Shown here: positions 1-12,575 of the stretch, in pieces
How positions within the stretch are numbered: the first letter of the stretch is position 1
Layout of the letters: each line of letters begins with the position of its first letter
Source: Styela clava
Taxonomy: Eukaryota
NCBI RefSeq assembly: GCF_964204865.1
Contig: NC_135255.1
Span: 9,176,001 to 9,240,000, forward strand
Reading direction: 5' to 3'
DNA: 64,000 bases
The notes under the pieces: generated by a model
What the model saw: the letters and a program-made list of their open reading frames with translations, nothing else
Database searches by the model: none
What the model was told of the DNA's origin: nothing
Position numbers and translations under genes: made by a program

Positions 1-303
1 GGTTATTTGAGGTCTGGCGTAGTCATATCCAGTACATATTGCAGGCTTACAACGTGTAGAGACGACCAGACCATCAAATTTTGATTTGGTTCCATAATGA
101 CAACGTACAGACGTACGAAAATCCCATTCCATTTTCATATTTTTTTCTCTCATGTATTTGCAATTGGATCTTACGATGGACAGGGAAAAAATTGTTCTCA
201 GATTTACTTTAATACACATATTGCCAAGGTGGACTTGCAAAAGGCTGTATTTTGTAAAGGTTGCTGGTATCACGTACATATTCTCTTCCTAGTCATCATA
301 AGG

Positions 304-899
304 CAGGGATGACGAACCTTTTACAATAAATGAGTCAAATATATTTTTTTTTTTTTGAGAAAAGAAGACTGTGGGTCATATATTTTTAATCAATCAACGG
401 GAAACATTCTCCTGCATCTATTCTTCAAGTATTATATAATTCTTGGCTGGTATTGTTTAGTTTTGGGCTTATACATGCAGCACTCTTATCAGTACTGAGG
501 CTATTTCCGGTAATCGATTTTATGAAATTCGTGAGCAAATACTCTCCTGCGCATGCATATGAATTATTGAAAAACATTTATCGTGATGCAACAAATTTGG
601 TAATGATTTCAAAGAAGTTAGAAAGAGAATTCCGATCTGAGAAAAATAAACTTTTGGATCGGCTTTTAACCGCATTAAGGTAACTACCATTCTGCTGGAT
701 TTTTATTTCAGATTCCTGGGTTGTTAATTGAAGTCTACAAGTTTTTGTTTGATCCCAAATCAAAATTTATAATCCCTAATTTGTTGTATTTTTAGTGTGC
801 ATGACATCGTTTTAATATCTAAATGAGCGTTCGCTCATAGTTAGATAAAATTAAGGCCGGTTTCATGGTGACCCGTGGGTCAGTGGTTCGCCATCCCTG
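304..899 (+). mobile_element. Non-autonomous hAT-type MITE, internally deleted relative of the element at 3194-5906
   Basis: TIRs CAGGGATGACGAACC (304) and GGTTCGCCATCCCTG (ends 899). Internal sequence is colinear with 3194-3600 and 5760-5906. The 8-bp flanks do not match, so the copy is old. Confidence 0.75.
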
Positions 900-1999
900 G
901 TATAGTGTATACTTCTACATCAGGTATATTTCGTTTCAGATATTATGATTGAACCACAAAATTCATATTAGGCTGCAAAATGCTTAAAATCATTGCACCA
1001 TCGAGTTCATTGGCTGATGAAATAATTGCGATAAAAGCAAACGGTTTAAAACCTCACCAGAAAGTCACAATACAGACTCAGAAAGCAAACAACAACGGTC
1101 AACTTTTTCACGCATATGCCTATTATGCTGCTAACCACAATGGGTTCATAGACACCTCGGTTGATACGTCATTAGGAGGAAGTTACAGCGGTGTTGCTGA
1201 AATGGGATTATTCTGGGCAATGAAAAGACCATGTCACATTGAGGAAAGTTTTGGAAATTTTTCCAAATTTGACGTTGCGCCAGCCACAGTGGTTCTCAAA
1301 ATCTTTAACGGTTTTCTTGAAGAAAAGCGCATTAGGTCAGCACATGAAATTGCAAGAACTATCACTCTTAACAGAAAAAGAGGATATTTGCCATTTCCAC
1401 CCCCTCCATTGGGGTGTAGTAATAAATTTTCCGCCTTATTTCGTTGCATAATTTTATATACACCGTGCTAATGCATTCACAGGGTGTGTTACCAAACATT
1501 TTCTCCACTAAACTTCGTGGAAATGCATGAACGCGTCATGTCACGTGATATCGAGGTGACTGTGACGATGTGAGAAGGCTGAACGCTATTGGCTGAAATC
1601 GTTTCGAATATTTTTATGCGCGGTGACTTGACTTATCACTCTGCCGAGGCTTCGATGAAACTCTGTGCATAACAGACTGTCTGCGGTAAACAACTCCAAT
1701 TTTCAATAGATAGAATAAGTGGGAGGGCACGGTTTGTGTTGAACTTGTCTCAAGCTACAATATGTGGAAAACTTACATTGTGTTGAGAGGTCTGGAGGTT
1801 TAAGCTTGCTGGTGCAGGTAAGATTTCGAATTATTAAGTTGCTGATAAACAAACGCGAAATTATAGTACCGGTACGGTACTGGTACCTTTATCTAGCCAT
1901 AATTAAACAATCGATCAGTCAATCCACTACTACTATTAGCCTACAGTGTTCATGTGGATTCAGATTGCGTTCAGCTAACGTTGCCAGTCAAGCAAACGC

Positions 2000-3123
2000 C
2001 AGTGATTTCCCTACACCCCCCCTATAGGGGGTGAAAACCCTCCCTAAAATTTCAAACACCCCCCCTAATTTTGAGGTGCAATTCCACACTGTAATTCCTA
2101 ACTCTAGTATAATTGTATTCAAATATAACGACTATGGCATATTTATCAGTGTAGGTGAGGGGTTCCAAACCGCAGTCTGCGGGCCACTTACGGCCCGCGT
2201 AACGACTTAAAATGGCCCGCCAAAATAGTCATTTAGTCACTTCATGTGGTACCTTTTGAGTTTTAGATACCGTCTATCGTTACATCATTATCACAGTTTG
2301 AGCACGTTTATTTCGTAACAATTGAATTATACCGGTATCTTATGTATACGTATTTGTTTTAGGATTACACACTGCAGTATTTTAGATATCAGCCGTATAT
2401 TAAGAAAGCTTAAAGATGTCACAAAACGAAAACTAGGCACTGAAAACAGACGTTTTTTATATGAATGGCAGCGTTTTTATTTCTTTATTGAAAAGAATCA
2501 AACTTCAGCAATTTGTCTTCCATGCCAATATTTCAGTTTTGAAGGAATACAACATTGTGCGCCATTATGATCAGTTGACGCGCGTATTTCAAAATTTAAT
2601 TCATTGTTTAATTCATACAAAAGTCAAACAAACATGTTCAAAATAATGTGGAATGTGTAACAAAACAAGCCATAAGTAGTCATTATGCTAGATGAGCAAG
2701 TAACTTCATTAGTCACTATCAGTTGCAAATTACTTGCTGAAAGCCGTGTTCGTTATTTATTTCTCGAGAATTCTATCAGCTAAATATTATAATTATTATT
2801 TTCATCACATAACAAACTGCCATGCTAGGTGTATCTAAAATCAAGCTTAGCCCATTTCTCAAAATTTTCTCAGGGCGCTTGCAGCGCGCCCTGAACCCCA
2901 GCCGTGTCGTCGCGCACTTTTCATCGCTCCCTTTTTCTAGCCCTACAATTTTATTATGTTGGCTCGCCGTCAATCAACTTGGTGGACCCCTCGTGTACTT
3001 CATTTCTTAAATACATACCAATTTTTTAAGAATACAAATAGTTTTATCGCTAATAGCAAATTATTTACCACCCCCTAAATTTCGAAACACCCCCCCTAAA
3101 ATGAAAAGCTGGGGAACATACTG
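2000..3123 (+). mobile_element. hAT-type MITE nested in the CACT element
   Basis: Termini CAGTGATTTCCC and GGGGAACATACTG. Near-duplicated flanks AGCAAACGC / AGCAAACC. C-run subterminal motifs (AAACACCCCCCTAA) at both ends. Confidence 0.55.
2157..2992 (+). mobile_element. hAT (SPIN/Buster/GTF2IRD2-like) deletion derivative with transposase N-terminal remnant
   Basis: Termini GAGGGGTTCC and GGACCCCTC. TSD GTGTAGGT / GTGTACTT (6/8). Remnant KRKLGTENRRFLYEWQRFYFFIEK...AICLPC, then frameshifted NISVLKEYNIVRHY, matches the Buster/SPIN zinc-finger region. Confidence 0.75.
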
Positions 3124-3689
3124 AGCAAACCAAAGCTTTGTTTGCTAATGTCAAGTGACCAGTACCGGTACTAGATAAGACTAGGCTATAGCCCAGGGAT
3201 GGCGAACCTTTTTCACTGAATGGGTCAAAAATTATAATTTTATCGCGGAACAAAAGAGAGTGGGTCACAGATATTCAATTCACGATTGTATCTATAAGAA
3301 ACTTCTGAAACAAATCTTATAACTGTATAAGCTGGTGTTGGTGTAGTTTTGGGCTTTACTTATGCAGCACTTCTATCAGGGACTTTTTATGGCACTCGGT
3401 TTTGTGATATTAGAGTACGAAAAAAACGCATATGAATTACCAAAAACGTTTAGGATGATGCGGTAAATTATTTTACAGTTCTAGTGTCGGGAGGTAATTC
3501 CGCTTTGATAGTGTTATAATTTTCGATCAGCCTCCAACCACATTAAGCCACTTTCACACTGCCCCATTGTAATTTCATATTTCTAGATTTTCCTTTCAAG
3601 TCTGAAAGATTTTGTTTTCACAACGGCATTGTAGGCGAGAAGCTAATAAAATGCAAAGTAGCATCTAGTTCTCGTATAACCCCTAAAAC

Positions 3690-5510
3690 TAGGCTTACCA
3701 TAAGTCTGAAACAAAAAACCGGGACGGTGCGATTTGGCGAACATTCGGTCGATTGCCAGTCTTAATAATATTGGAACGTCTACCATGCCATTGCGGGTAT
3801 ATACGGCTGTGAATCTCTACTGATCATTGAATTAGAAAAAACACAAAAAATTAGTTTTTATTATTCATTTAGACCAAAAGTATTAGTCCGCAGATCCGCC
3901 TTTCTCAAAAATTCTTGTTTTGATTTTGTCATAAAACTGATAACAAGAGACATCACCGTTAAATTTGCAGGTTACGGAGTGGTTTTATATTTTCTTCTGG
4001 CATTCTGCACCTGCTTTCGGACCAAAATTTTTTAACAATGGAAAAAATCCTTTTAACAGATGCCGATGTTCCGAAAAACAAAATCAACTAATTTGCTGCA
4101 AATTTGAAATGCTAATATTTCTGTTAGAAAAAACGTTAAACATCTCTGTCCACTTAATTTCAACCGGCAAAGTAAGTCAAATTGCATTTGAACCATGCTC
4201 AGATAAATATCTCTTTATCAGTATTTGTCGAAACAGGCATCGCTATTCAAAACCTGATCAGCTAACCAAACATATCATTTATCAATTTTGCAGACCAAAC
4301 ACTTCAGTCCAGTTTTTTTTCACTCTTCAAATTTGTCAATATGTGTGGCAGCATTGTAGGCTTCATCGTGCAGCTCTATATACGATAGACATTTCTTGTA
4401 AAAATCGCAAACATTCTTTTTAAATACAAATTTTTTCCCTGCAAATTTAGCTTCACCTCTGACAGAATATTTGCAACATCTACGGCAGGGGTCGGCAACC
4501 TTTTGTCGCCCGCGGGCCAAAATTAAGGGTTGCGAGTCATTGGCGGGCCGCACATATTTTTAGAAAGTTGAAACTGAACGGATGATACTTTTTATATTAA
4601 AAATCAAGCAGTGATACATCCATCTCTCGAATAAAATATAGATTTATTTCCTCATTGCATCTCAAAAAATTCCATTTGAATATTTTCAGCGCCATTGAAC
4701 CCTTTGCACTTCGCATCAACTTTTCTGCGTTTTGTTGCCATTCGAGCTTGAAGTAAATCATCATTAAATTCAGAGGAGAACAGCGGAGCAATGCACCGAC
4801 TCTCATTTATTTCTGACTAAACGTGCAAAATCAGCGAATCCGCTTATCAGACAGCGGACATCAGAAATTCTAACTGTGTATATTTACAAGTTAATGCAAA
4901 TTTAGCCTCAAAAAAATTTGAAATTAATTCAGAGGTGCAGTCAAAACTTTGGTCATGAATAGCAGTGTGATAGGTAAATGTCGGCTGCCAACGACACAGA
5001 ATCATCCGAATTTGTTATCGCAAAATTGGTCAGTCGAGTCGATGCTCAATGTTTTGTGCTTCCTGCTTTGGATACGATCGTTGACATCTGAACGTCCGCC
5101 ATGACTAATAGAAAAACAGATCTGCAATGCGTACAGTGTACCTTTCCTCCTTCAGTTTGCTTCAAATAAGGAAAATCTTTCTTCAACTCATCAGAAAACT
5201 TGTACTTTCTTTTTGGCATTTCGACAACTCAACGACATTGCAGTTTACGCCAGAAAACGCATTAAAACATATACCAATTGTGACAAAACAATAGAGCGAT
5301 TTCTCTCTCTGAACTAGCAAAGTGTGTCGCAAAACAGTGGTTAATGGGCTGTCACCGTTAAAAAAAAATTGTAATAATAATGAATTTGAATTTTTTACCC
5401 ATGAAAGCCGTGCTGACAAACCGGGACATTTGAGTCAACCGGCCGGGACGACGGGACAGCTTGTCAAAACCGGGACTGTCCCGGCTAAACCGGGACGTAT
5501 GGTAAGCCTA
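3690..5510. mobile_element. hAT-type non-autonomous element nested in 3194-5906
   Basis: TIR TAGGCTTACCATA / TATGGTAAGCCTA. Perfect 8-bp TSD CCTAAAAC (3682-3689 and 5511-5518). Subterminal CCGGGAC repeats. Confidence 0.9.
4486..4900 (+). mobile_element. Truncated hAT MITE end nested in 3690-5510
   Basis: Typical terminus CAGGGGTCGGCAACCTTTT followed by GCGGGCC motifs. No partner TIR found, so the right boundary is approximate. Confidence 0.5.
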
Positions 5511-6568
5511 CCTAAAACAGTCTGCAGATGCACTTTCAAAAAAGACAGGCGTTGCGAGAAATGAACAGATCAATTGCATTGTTATGTCATAAACGATGTC
5601 AGGCCCAATAGCTCAATAACGGTACACAGCGGTGCATACATGCGTACAAGATTAGGGGTTTTAAAAATTACCGTACCGGCCCGAAATCAACATTTTGAAT
5701 ATGAGCGATCGCAGCCCTCCCTGACTGTCCAATTGACGGTACATTATAATAGTTTAGTTATTGTTAAATTAATTTAAGGCCGGTTTTATCAATCTTTATC
5801 ACTGATATATTAGCATTTTATTTTATTCGTGCCTTCGCTTGGCGGGTCACAAATAAAACGCAGTGGGTCACTTTGTGACCCGCGGGTCAGTGGTTCGCCA
5901 TCCCTGCTATAGCCTATAACGGTAAATACAGAATTTTAAAACTGTCTGTGCAACCATCCGTATACTTTTGAAGGCCGTATTACGTCATTGCGACTTCGCA
6001 GTGATGTAATTTTTGGATGACGTAGTCATGTCTGCATGTGGGGGTTAGAAATTACATATGTAAATATTGTTGAGCCAGGCCGACTAGAACTACTTGCAGC
6101 GCATACTTCAGCATACCCGATAAGACTATATAAATACAGAAATATAACGTTATCAGTAACTTATATTGCGAGTCTAACTTCTGAACTTCGTACCAGTAAC
6201 GGGAGCTATCTCAACTAATTTTGATTTGCCAAACTTGCCAAAAGGATTCTATACAGGCTATTTCTGTATTGGGCTTATTTATCTGTTTATAACATGTTTG
6301 GTGAGTCGAGCGGGAACAAGTTATTTTTCTTTTGTGCTTAACTTGAAATTACACAATTTTAACAGCTATCATACATTTTGTCAGTAGCCTACTGAGCACA
6401 TAACTTTCTATTCAGGATGTTGATTTTCTTGAAAATGAAGATGATCACAGTATTGGGACTTACAAGTAGATAATAGCAGAGGAACTAAATGAGAGAAATA
6501 TAGCAGATGAGCAGTGCTGCAGTGAACAACTTATAGGTGAGTCTTGTTATTTTATGCAATAAATATAT

Positions 6569-7244
6569 CGCCGAGAACAGAACAGGTCTAAGTCACAATT
6601 TCGAGTTTTGAGAAAAATGCAAAAAAACAATTTGTAATTTTTTTATTTTCGAATTCCTAAATATTCACACTTAGTGAATACCTGAGCTCTGGTTATTTTA
6701 GTGTGGATGAGAATATCTTTGTAATCGATATTTTTTGGCACTTCAGCTTCAATTCCTTCCAGCTTTTTTACCCCCATAAAGGATTTTGGCCCATTCTGTT
6801 CTCAACAACTTCTGAATTTTTTGTATGGGATGCAAAGTAAAACAAGGTGACTAGGCCTAAGTTGCACTGAATAATTTTTTAGGGATGTAAGTTTCGGACA
6901 TTTCATTTCTGATGTTCATGCTCATCATACTGGAACTTAGGACTCTTTTTTTTCAATATTTTGGGGTTCTGAGCATTGGGGTTTTGAGCCTGCTCTACAT
7001 TCTACAAGGTGGTGGTCTTGAAATCCAGAATTTCTCAATAATAAAAATTTAAGCTGGACTTAGGCCCATTCTGTTCTTAACTTCTACAAAATATTATAGT
7101 CCTAGGTCCAGCTGAAATTTTTATTATTCAGAAATTCAGGATTTCAAGACCATCCACCTTGTAGATGGCTCAAAACCCCAAAATATTGAAAAAAGATGAA
7201 TTTTCCAAAAATGTGACTTAGGCCCCTTGTGTTCTCATCCGGCG
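6569..7244. mobile_element. Sola1-like MITE with internal palindrome
   Basis: ATAT flanks on both sides. Termini CGCCGAGAACA...CTAAGTCACA and TGTGACTTAGG...TGTTCTCATCCGGCG. Long internal inverted repeat at ~6947-7195. Superfamily is inferred from the AWWT TSD. Confidence 0.6.
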
Positions 7245-9451
7245 ATATGCAAGTCTAATAATGGTACATGTTTTTAAATCTAGTGCGTTGTATTTGGGTG
7301 TAAAATACAGTGTTGAGATTGAATGAAATAATGTCACCATTACAAACATATTGTTGAAATTTTTGACTCTATATAGCCTATATGTAGATGTATGATAATA
7401 TCACTCTATGCTTTAAAATCATGAAGAGTTAGAATCAATACGTATTACTTATGTCTAGCCCTAGTGGATTGGGATATAACTTAGTTTAGTAAAATTCGTC
7501 TATTTCAATATGACCTTGGTAAGAAGACAAACTGAAAAAATAGCTAGTCTGTGTTGTTCAGCACTTTTATAAATTACTATCATAAATTACTTGTCCAGTA
7601 CAAGGACTCCAATTCAGTTGGAAACATTTTTATTGATATGTCCGAAGTTAACATGCGACCGTTTTTCTACTGCGAAAGACATACTCATCTGATCTCTTTT
7701 TTTGTATTTGCAGATTGTAAGTCCATTCCAATGATGAACTCTGGATCATCACTAGATCACAGTTCGAATGGAAGCTTTAATTACACAAAAGCAATGGCAG
7801 TGATGGACTCTTTGTTACAGGATTTTCAATATACAAATACCATTAGGTAGCAGAAAAGCTTGACATTCATCAGGTAGCATGCCTACTGCTCCTGCCAAAT
7901 GAAGAATTCCCATTCAAAAAACAAAAAAGGCGTAACTTGACTTTCTCATTACGACTGTATTTATTTGCGACCTTTAGTAGTCAATTTCGCCGAATATTTA
8001 CTGTTTTAATAAATTGTTTAAATCTTAAAAACCTGTCGTGGTTTCATGCTTCCTTTGTGTGGTATAGTACGTTTCCAGCCTTGCAAAAAGGTTGATCTTC
8101 CTATCGATTTGGGTGGGGTTGTTAGGGTGGAAATTTTAAACACCTATCCAAAGGGTGGAAGAAGTAGAAAACCTTGTGAACCAAATATTTCGGTTGGAAT
8201 TACCACTTTTTTCATTTAGAGTGTAGCATCGAACGTAGATACAACAATGAAAATGTGAAAAGGATACAGATAAATAATAGCAAAATATTCGGCACATTAT
8301 TTCTGCCTTGTGGAAATGAGCTTTATCCAGGAGTGTTACATCTGGATGCATTGTTTGGTGGAGTCGTTGAATTTCGTTCATCCTTGTTAGCAAATCATGG
8401 ATTCGCTGTTCTGGCCCTTGGATATTTTAATTGTGGAAATAGGCCAGAAAAGTTAGAGATTGCCAATCTTGACTATGTTGAACAAGCAGTAGATTATCTG
8501 CATAAACACAAAAGTGTTATGAAGTCTGGGATAGGCACAGTTGGCTCTTCAGCTGGAGGAACCTTAGCTCTAGCAATTGCGTCCTGTTCACCAAAAATAA
8601 AATGTGTTGTTAATATATCAGGAATGCTTCCTTGGGTGTGGATATAAAATATAAGCAACTAGTATGGAAATCAGTAGGGATGAAAATGAAAAGAATTTCA
8701 TTATCCGATAATATACAAAATCACATAGACGTACATACCATTCCAAATAGTGATGACATGAAGCATCATATACCTGCTTTTTATAAGTCATCCGCATCTT
8801 TTTATTCATTGTCGGAGAGGACGATAAACTTTTTTGTAGCGACGAAGTGATAAGGCTTATAGAAGAATCATTTGAAAGGTCAAAAAAAGGGAGTACAAAA
8901 TTTTAAAGTATGCAAAAACAGGACATTTGATATTGCCACCGTACATAGCTCCAATTATATATGCTTATCATGCTGTAAGCCCAGACAAACCTACTGATTT
9001 TGGCGGCAGTGTAAAATATCATGCGATAGCCCAAGAAAAATCGTGGAAAGAAGTAATTCATTTTCTGAAAACCAACCAACCATCTTCAGAAATCAGCACT
9101 TGGAAAAGATACTGTTTCCGTATTTATTTATATAATTCAAGTCTACACTATCATTCACAATAATGTCGTTATATATATATATATAGTAAATACAAATAAT
9201 GACACAAGTTTTCCGTGATATCTGTTAATTTTTGGTTGTATTTCCTGGATAAATCAAAAAGCTCAAAGGAAATTTTAGCAAGTAGCTTAATTTTTGAATC
9301 AAAACGATGACTATCGACCTATATAAACCAGTTTTACAAGCCAAGTATAAACACTACCCGCTGGTCAAAATAATTGCAATGGTAAAGCACGCAAAGAATT
9401 TTCCATTAGTTGCAACGCTTTCATGTCTTCAAGTTTGGATTTGGTCTATAT

Positions 9452-9780
9452 CAGTGTTTCCCAAACTTTTTTTTCTGCCAGCGTCTCCTTGGACGACTTT
9501 TTAAATAGCGAACGCCCCCCTGAAGGAAAAAAAAGTCAAAGCAACTTTATTCTCCATTCATTATTATTATAATGTGAAGGTTGAGCGTATTAAAATACCA
9601 CCAACGTAATAATATCTGGCTTCATTTCAGTCGTAAACAGTTCTGAGTCTCGAGTCTTGTCTGACCCTGTTGAGAAAATCTCTCTTGATATGTAAAAGTG
9701 CGGCCACTGCACTAAATATACGCTCTACCAAAAATGAGCTGGCAAGAGCGATAAAAAATAATAATAAAATTTGACCCGAT
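9452..9780 (-). mobile_element. 3' end of a hAT (Buster/ZBED-like) transposon
   Basis: Terminus CAGTGTTTCCCAAACTTTTT. Minus-strand remnant resembles SSFLVERIFSAVAALL...LRLFTTEMKPDI, the hAT dimerisation-domain end. Confidence 0.65.
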
Positions 9781-9906
9781 CTCACACGTGAAGATATTTT
9801 AATTTGATTCTGTTGTCAAAAAGATGCAACACTGAAAGACTGAACATGGGTTTAAAGTATAAACCCAAGGGTAGTGAACAGTGGCGCATTTTCGCTTCTG
9901 AAAATT

Positions 9907-10649
9907 CAGGGTTATCTAGAAAACGGAAACCAAAAATTTCTCAACTATTTCTAAAAAAAATATTTAATGTTATTTGCGCTTGAACTTCTGTTTGCGTATG
10001 ATAATACTAAAAAGTTTTCCAAAATTTTTTACCACTCACTTAGTTTTCTGATGAAGCGCACCTTCTGCTGTCAGGCCATGGAAATGAAAGAGTTCAAACG
10101 GTGAAAACAGAACATTACGTGGTTGTGCTGAGAAAAATCTGGACATGACTTGAGGGATTGATAGAGGTGACCAGCAGTGGTTCAAGCATGACGGGACAAC
10201 CCCTCCCCCAATACATCAAATCAGACTCCTGCATTCCTGAGAGAAAAGAAATCAGCAATGATATGCAGTGGGCACCTTAATTATTGGACTGAAACCTCTC
10301 AGATTTAGATATATATGTAGGGTGTTCGAAGAACAATTAGTATCAGGACAATCCTCACGATTAGTGAACTCAAGGCTGCAATTGCAGAAATAAAACAGAG
10401 AATTACCCGAAGAAAAGTGATTGACAATGTTGCAAAAATAATGCAATTGTTTCCTCAATGTCGAGGAGAGCATTTGGAACATATTCGAGGAACAACATAA
10501 TTTTTGTGCAGCACATCCTCGATTTTCCGACACTTTTGGGTACAAACATGCGCAAACAGAAGTTCAAGTATAGACAAAATTAAATAATTCACTCCATTTC
10601 GTAGAAGTAATTGAGAAATTGTTGGTTCCGTTTTTTGGGGACCACGCTG
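9907..10649 (+). mobile_element. Degenerate Tc1/mariner element
   Basis: Inverted termini (AAAACGGAAACCAAAAATTTCTCAACTATTTCTA vs TAGAAGTAATTGAGAAATTGTTGGTTCCGTTTTT) ending CTG|TA. Decayed transposase motifs FSDEAH, WFKHDGTT, ELKAAI and RGEHLEHI. Confidence 0.75.
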
Positions 10650-10814
10650 TAAAATACTGTTTTTAATATAAATCAGTTAAATATGCTGCTTAAGTCACTG
10701 TATTCGATAGTTTAGCGCAACACAAATGATAAACCGACATCGAACAATGTCAAAACAACATGATATAACAACAGGCTAGATTTTCTGCCGTTTGCCAAAT
10801 TATGTATTACATAT

Positions 10815-11634
10815 CGTCACGCTAATAACCGAATTGCGTAAGTCATTTTTGGCGGTTTTGAGTTTTTTATAAAATAGGTATTTATGTAATACTGCGCACC
10901 TGTCTGTTAACTCAGATTTTATTTTAAGAATTCCGAAACCCATAAAAATAGAGATTTTGTATGATACGCAAATTTGTTCAATTGTTTCGTCATAATGAAT
11001 TATCATTGTTAACGCAGGACTATTATGACGTCACAAAGGCAAAATAACCTCGGCGAAGAATTTTCGAGTTTTTGCATCTCAGATTCTAGCTTAGTGCTCA
11101 TAAATTTCAGTTTAAACTACAGTATAGGAAGGCGTGCACTTGTGATATTCACTGTCTGAATCCAATTCACCTTGGTTGGCTTTTATATAAGGGTACATTG
11201 CTGTTTTATTCTTTATATTCAACTTTAGTCTTATTTCGGTGGATGCGCAGAGCGTGTTTTTTTGAAATATATATTTTAAAACATAAAAAATAATGCAATT
11301 GAAACAGATTAGCTATTTTGGGGATTAGACATCGTATATACTAAGAAATACATTCATTTTTGGATTGTTTTGTTTTCAGGTCTGGTTCATATAGTCAAGT
11401 TGCCAAATTGCGTATGTCCCCTAGTCATAGACACATTTCTGCCTAAGTCACAGTGCGCCATTATGACGTCACTTGACTGCGTCATACAAATTAACTTGAA
11501 TCCGTCTACGATCGAAAAATTGAACTATGGCAAATTATTGATTCTCAATTGCATAGCAATATCATTAGAGAGTTTTTTACGTTTTTCTCAAAACTGCTAA
11601 AAATGACTTACGCAATTCGGTTATTAGCGTGACG
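10815..11634. mobile_element. Sola1-like MITE with ~50-bp TIRs
   Basis: Near-perfect TIR CGTCACGCTAATAACCGAATTGCGTAAGTCATTTTT at both ends, flanked by ATAT. Confidence 0.8.
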
Positions 11635-12575
11635 ATATGTAGCCTTCTTATCCAATGACCTAAGAAATAAAAATGAACCAGTCGAGTCACTCGCAACATG
11701 GAGATGGTCCTAGTTGGCGTACGCCATTTCGATCACATGCCTAGCTCACACGTGTTGCTCTAAAACCAAAATTATAACATAAGGGTGTTGTACTTACACT
11801 ACCGCTTTAAATCACCCGATAGTAAAATGAAGATGTAATGCAATACAGTACAACGAAACGTGAAGTGCATGGTAAAGGAAGTACGGTATATGATGTTTGC
11901 GCTAGACAAGTATCATTATGAAACAATACGGGTTTAAAAAGTCATAATACCTATTTTACGTTAGGCGAGAAATTTCCAACGCCGAAATCACAAGCAAACT
12001 AGTTTGAACCAAAACATATGACATAACATGTGACATAAAATATCACATCTATTGTGAGTTCCCGTATTGATGTCAGCCCAAATCGCCATCAGCGCCCTCC
12101 AAGTTATCGCAAACGCCCACAAGGTGGCGTTTTCGCTCACTTTGGAAACCGCTGGTCTAATTAATATAAAATAAACACATAAAAAACAGTTTCCCTCCCA
12201 AGGCATTAAAGTCTATATCGCTGCATTGAGTCAATACAGTCCAGGTTTTTGAAAATGTATTCAATAAAAAAAATTGAGATTAAATTGTAAAACGAAGCGA
12301 TAAAAAACATTTCAGTAACTGAAGTAATAAAATATATATAAGATAATGGATTAAAATATAAACAGCAGATCACATTATATACACTGCAACCCAGCAATAC
12401 ACGCTATTTCATATTGTATTGTTGGAAGTTTTACCATGTTATTTCAAATAAGGTAGAATATTTAAAAAGTCAGGTTAACGTAAATGTTTATGGTCTATAG
12501 TTGACATATCACCAATGTTACAAACATGTTCTCATTTACATTCTATAGCTCGTGATAGGCAAAGCACTTTTCTAT

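Larger units (their letters stand above)
3194..5906 (+). mobile_element. hAT-type non-autonomous element with nested insertions
   Basis: Perfect 15-bp TIR CAGGGATGGCGAACC. Perfect 8-bp TSD CTATAGCC (3186-3193 and 5907-5914). Confidence 0.9.
1363..8223 (+). mobile_element. CMC/EnSpm (CACTA-like) non-autonomous DNA transposon with nested insertions
   Basis: Termini CACTCTTAACAGAAAAA and TTTTTTCATTTAGAGTG (imperfect TIR). TA duplication at 1360-1361 and 8224-8225, with one extra T at 1362. Purine/pyrimidine-rich subterminal repeats. Degenerate exon-like remnant at 6416-6536. Boundaries are confirmed by the in-frame rejoining of ACOT. Confidence 0.72.
980..9163 (+). pseudogene. ACOT: Acyl-CoA thioesterase / bile acid-CoA:amino acid N-acyltransferase (ACOT/BAAT family), transposon-interrupted and frameshifted
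   Basis: 5' half 980-1361 encodes the BAAT N-domain (GLKPHQKVTI, SLGGSYSGVAEMGLFWAM). 3' half 8225-9163 encodes GTLFLP, GGVVEFRSSLLANHGFAVLALGYF, the nucleophile elbow GSSAGG, FIVGEDD and GHLILPPY. Removing 1362-8225 restores ARTSIERRYNNENVKRIQ in frame. Three 1-bp deletions lie at ~8630, ~8800 and ~8885. Confidence 0.88.

Noticed and set aside
97-312. ORF with faint resemblance to a PIF1/Helitron helicase C-terminal motif
   Set aside because: Key residues (HKSQG, YVALSR) are absent; too weak to call.
1362-8224. Ordinary intron of the ACOT gene
   Set aside because: No GT donor at the 5' boundary; the ends are inverted CACTCT termini with a TA duplication.
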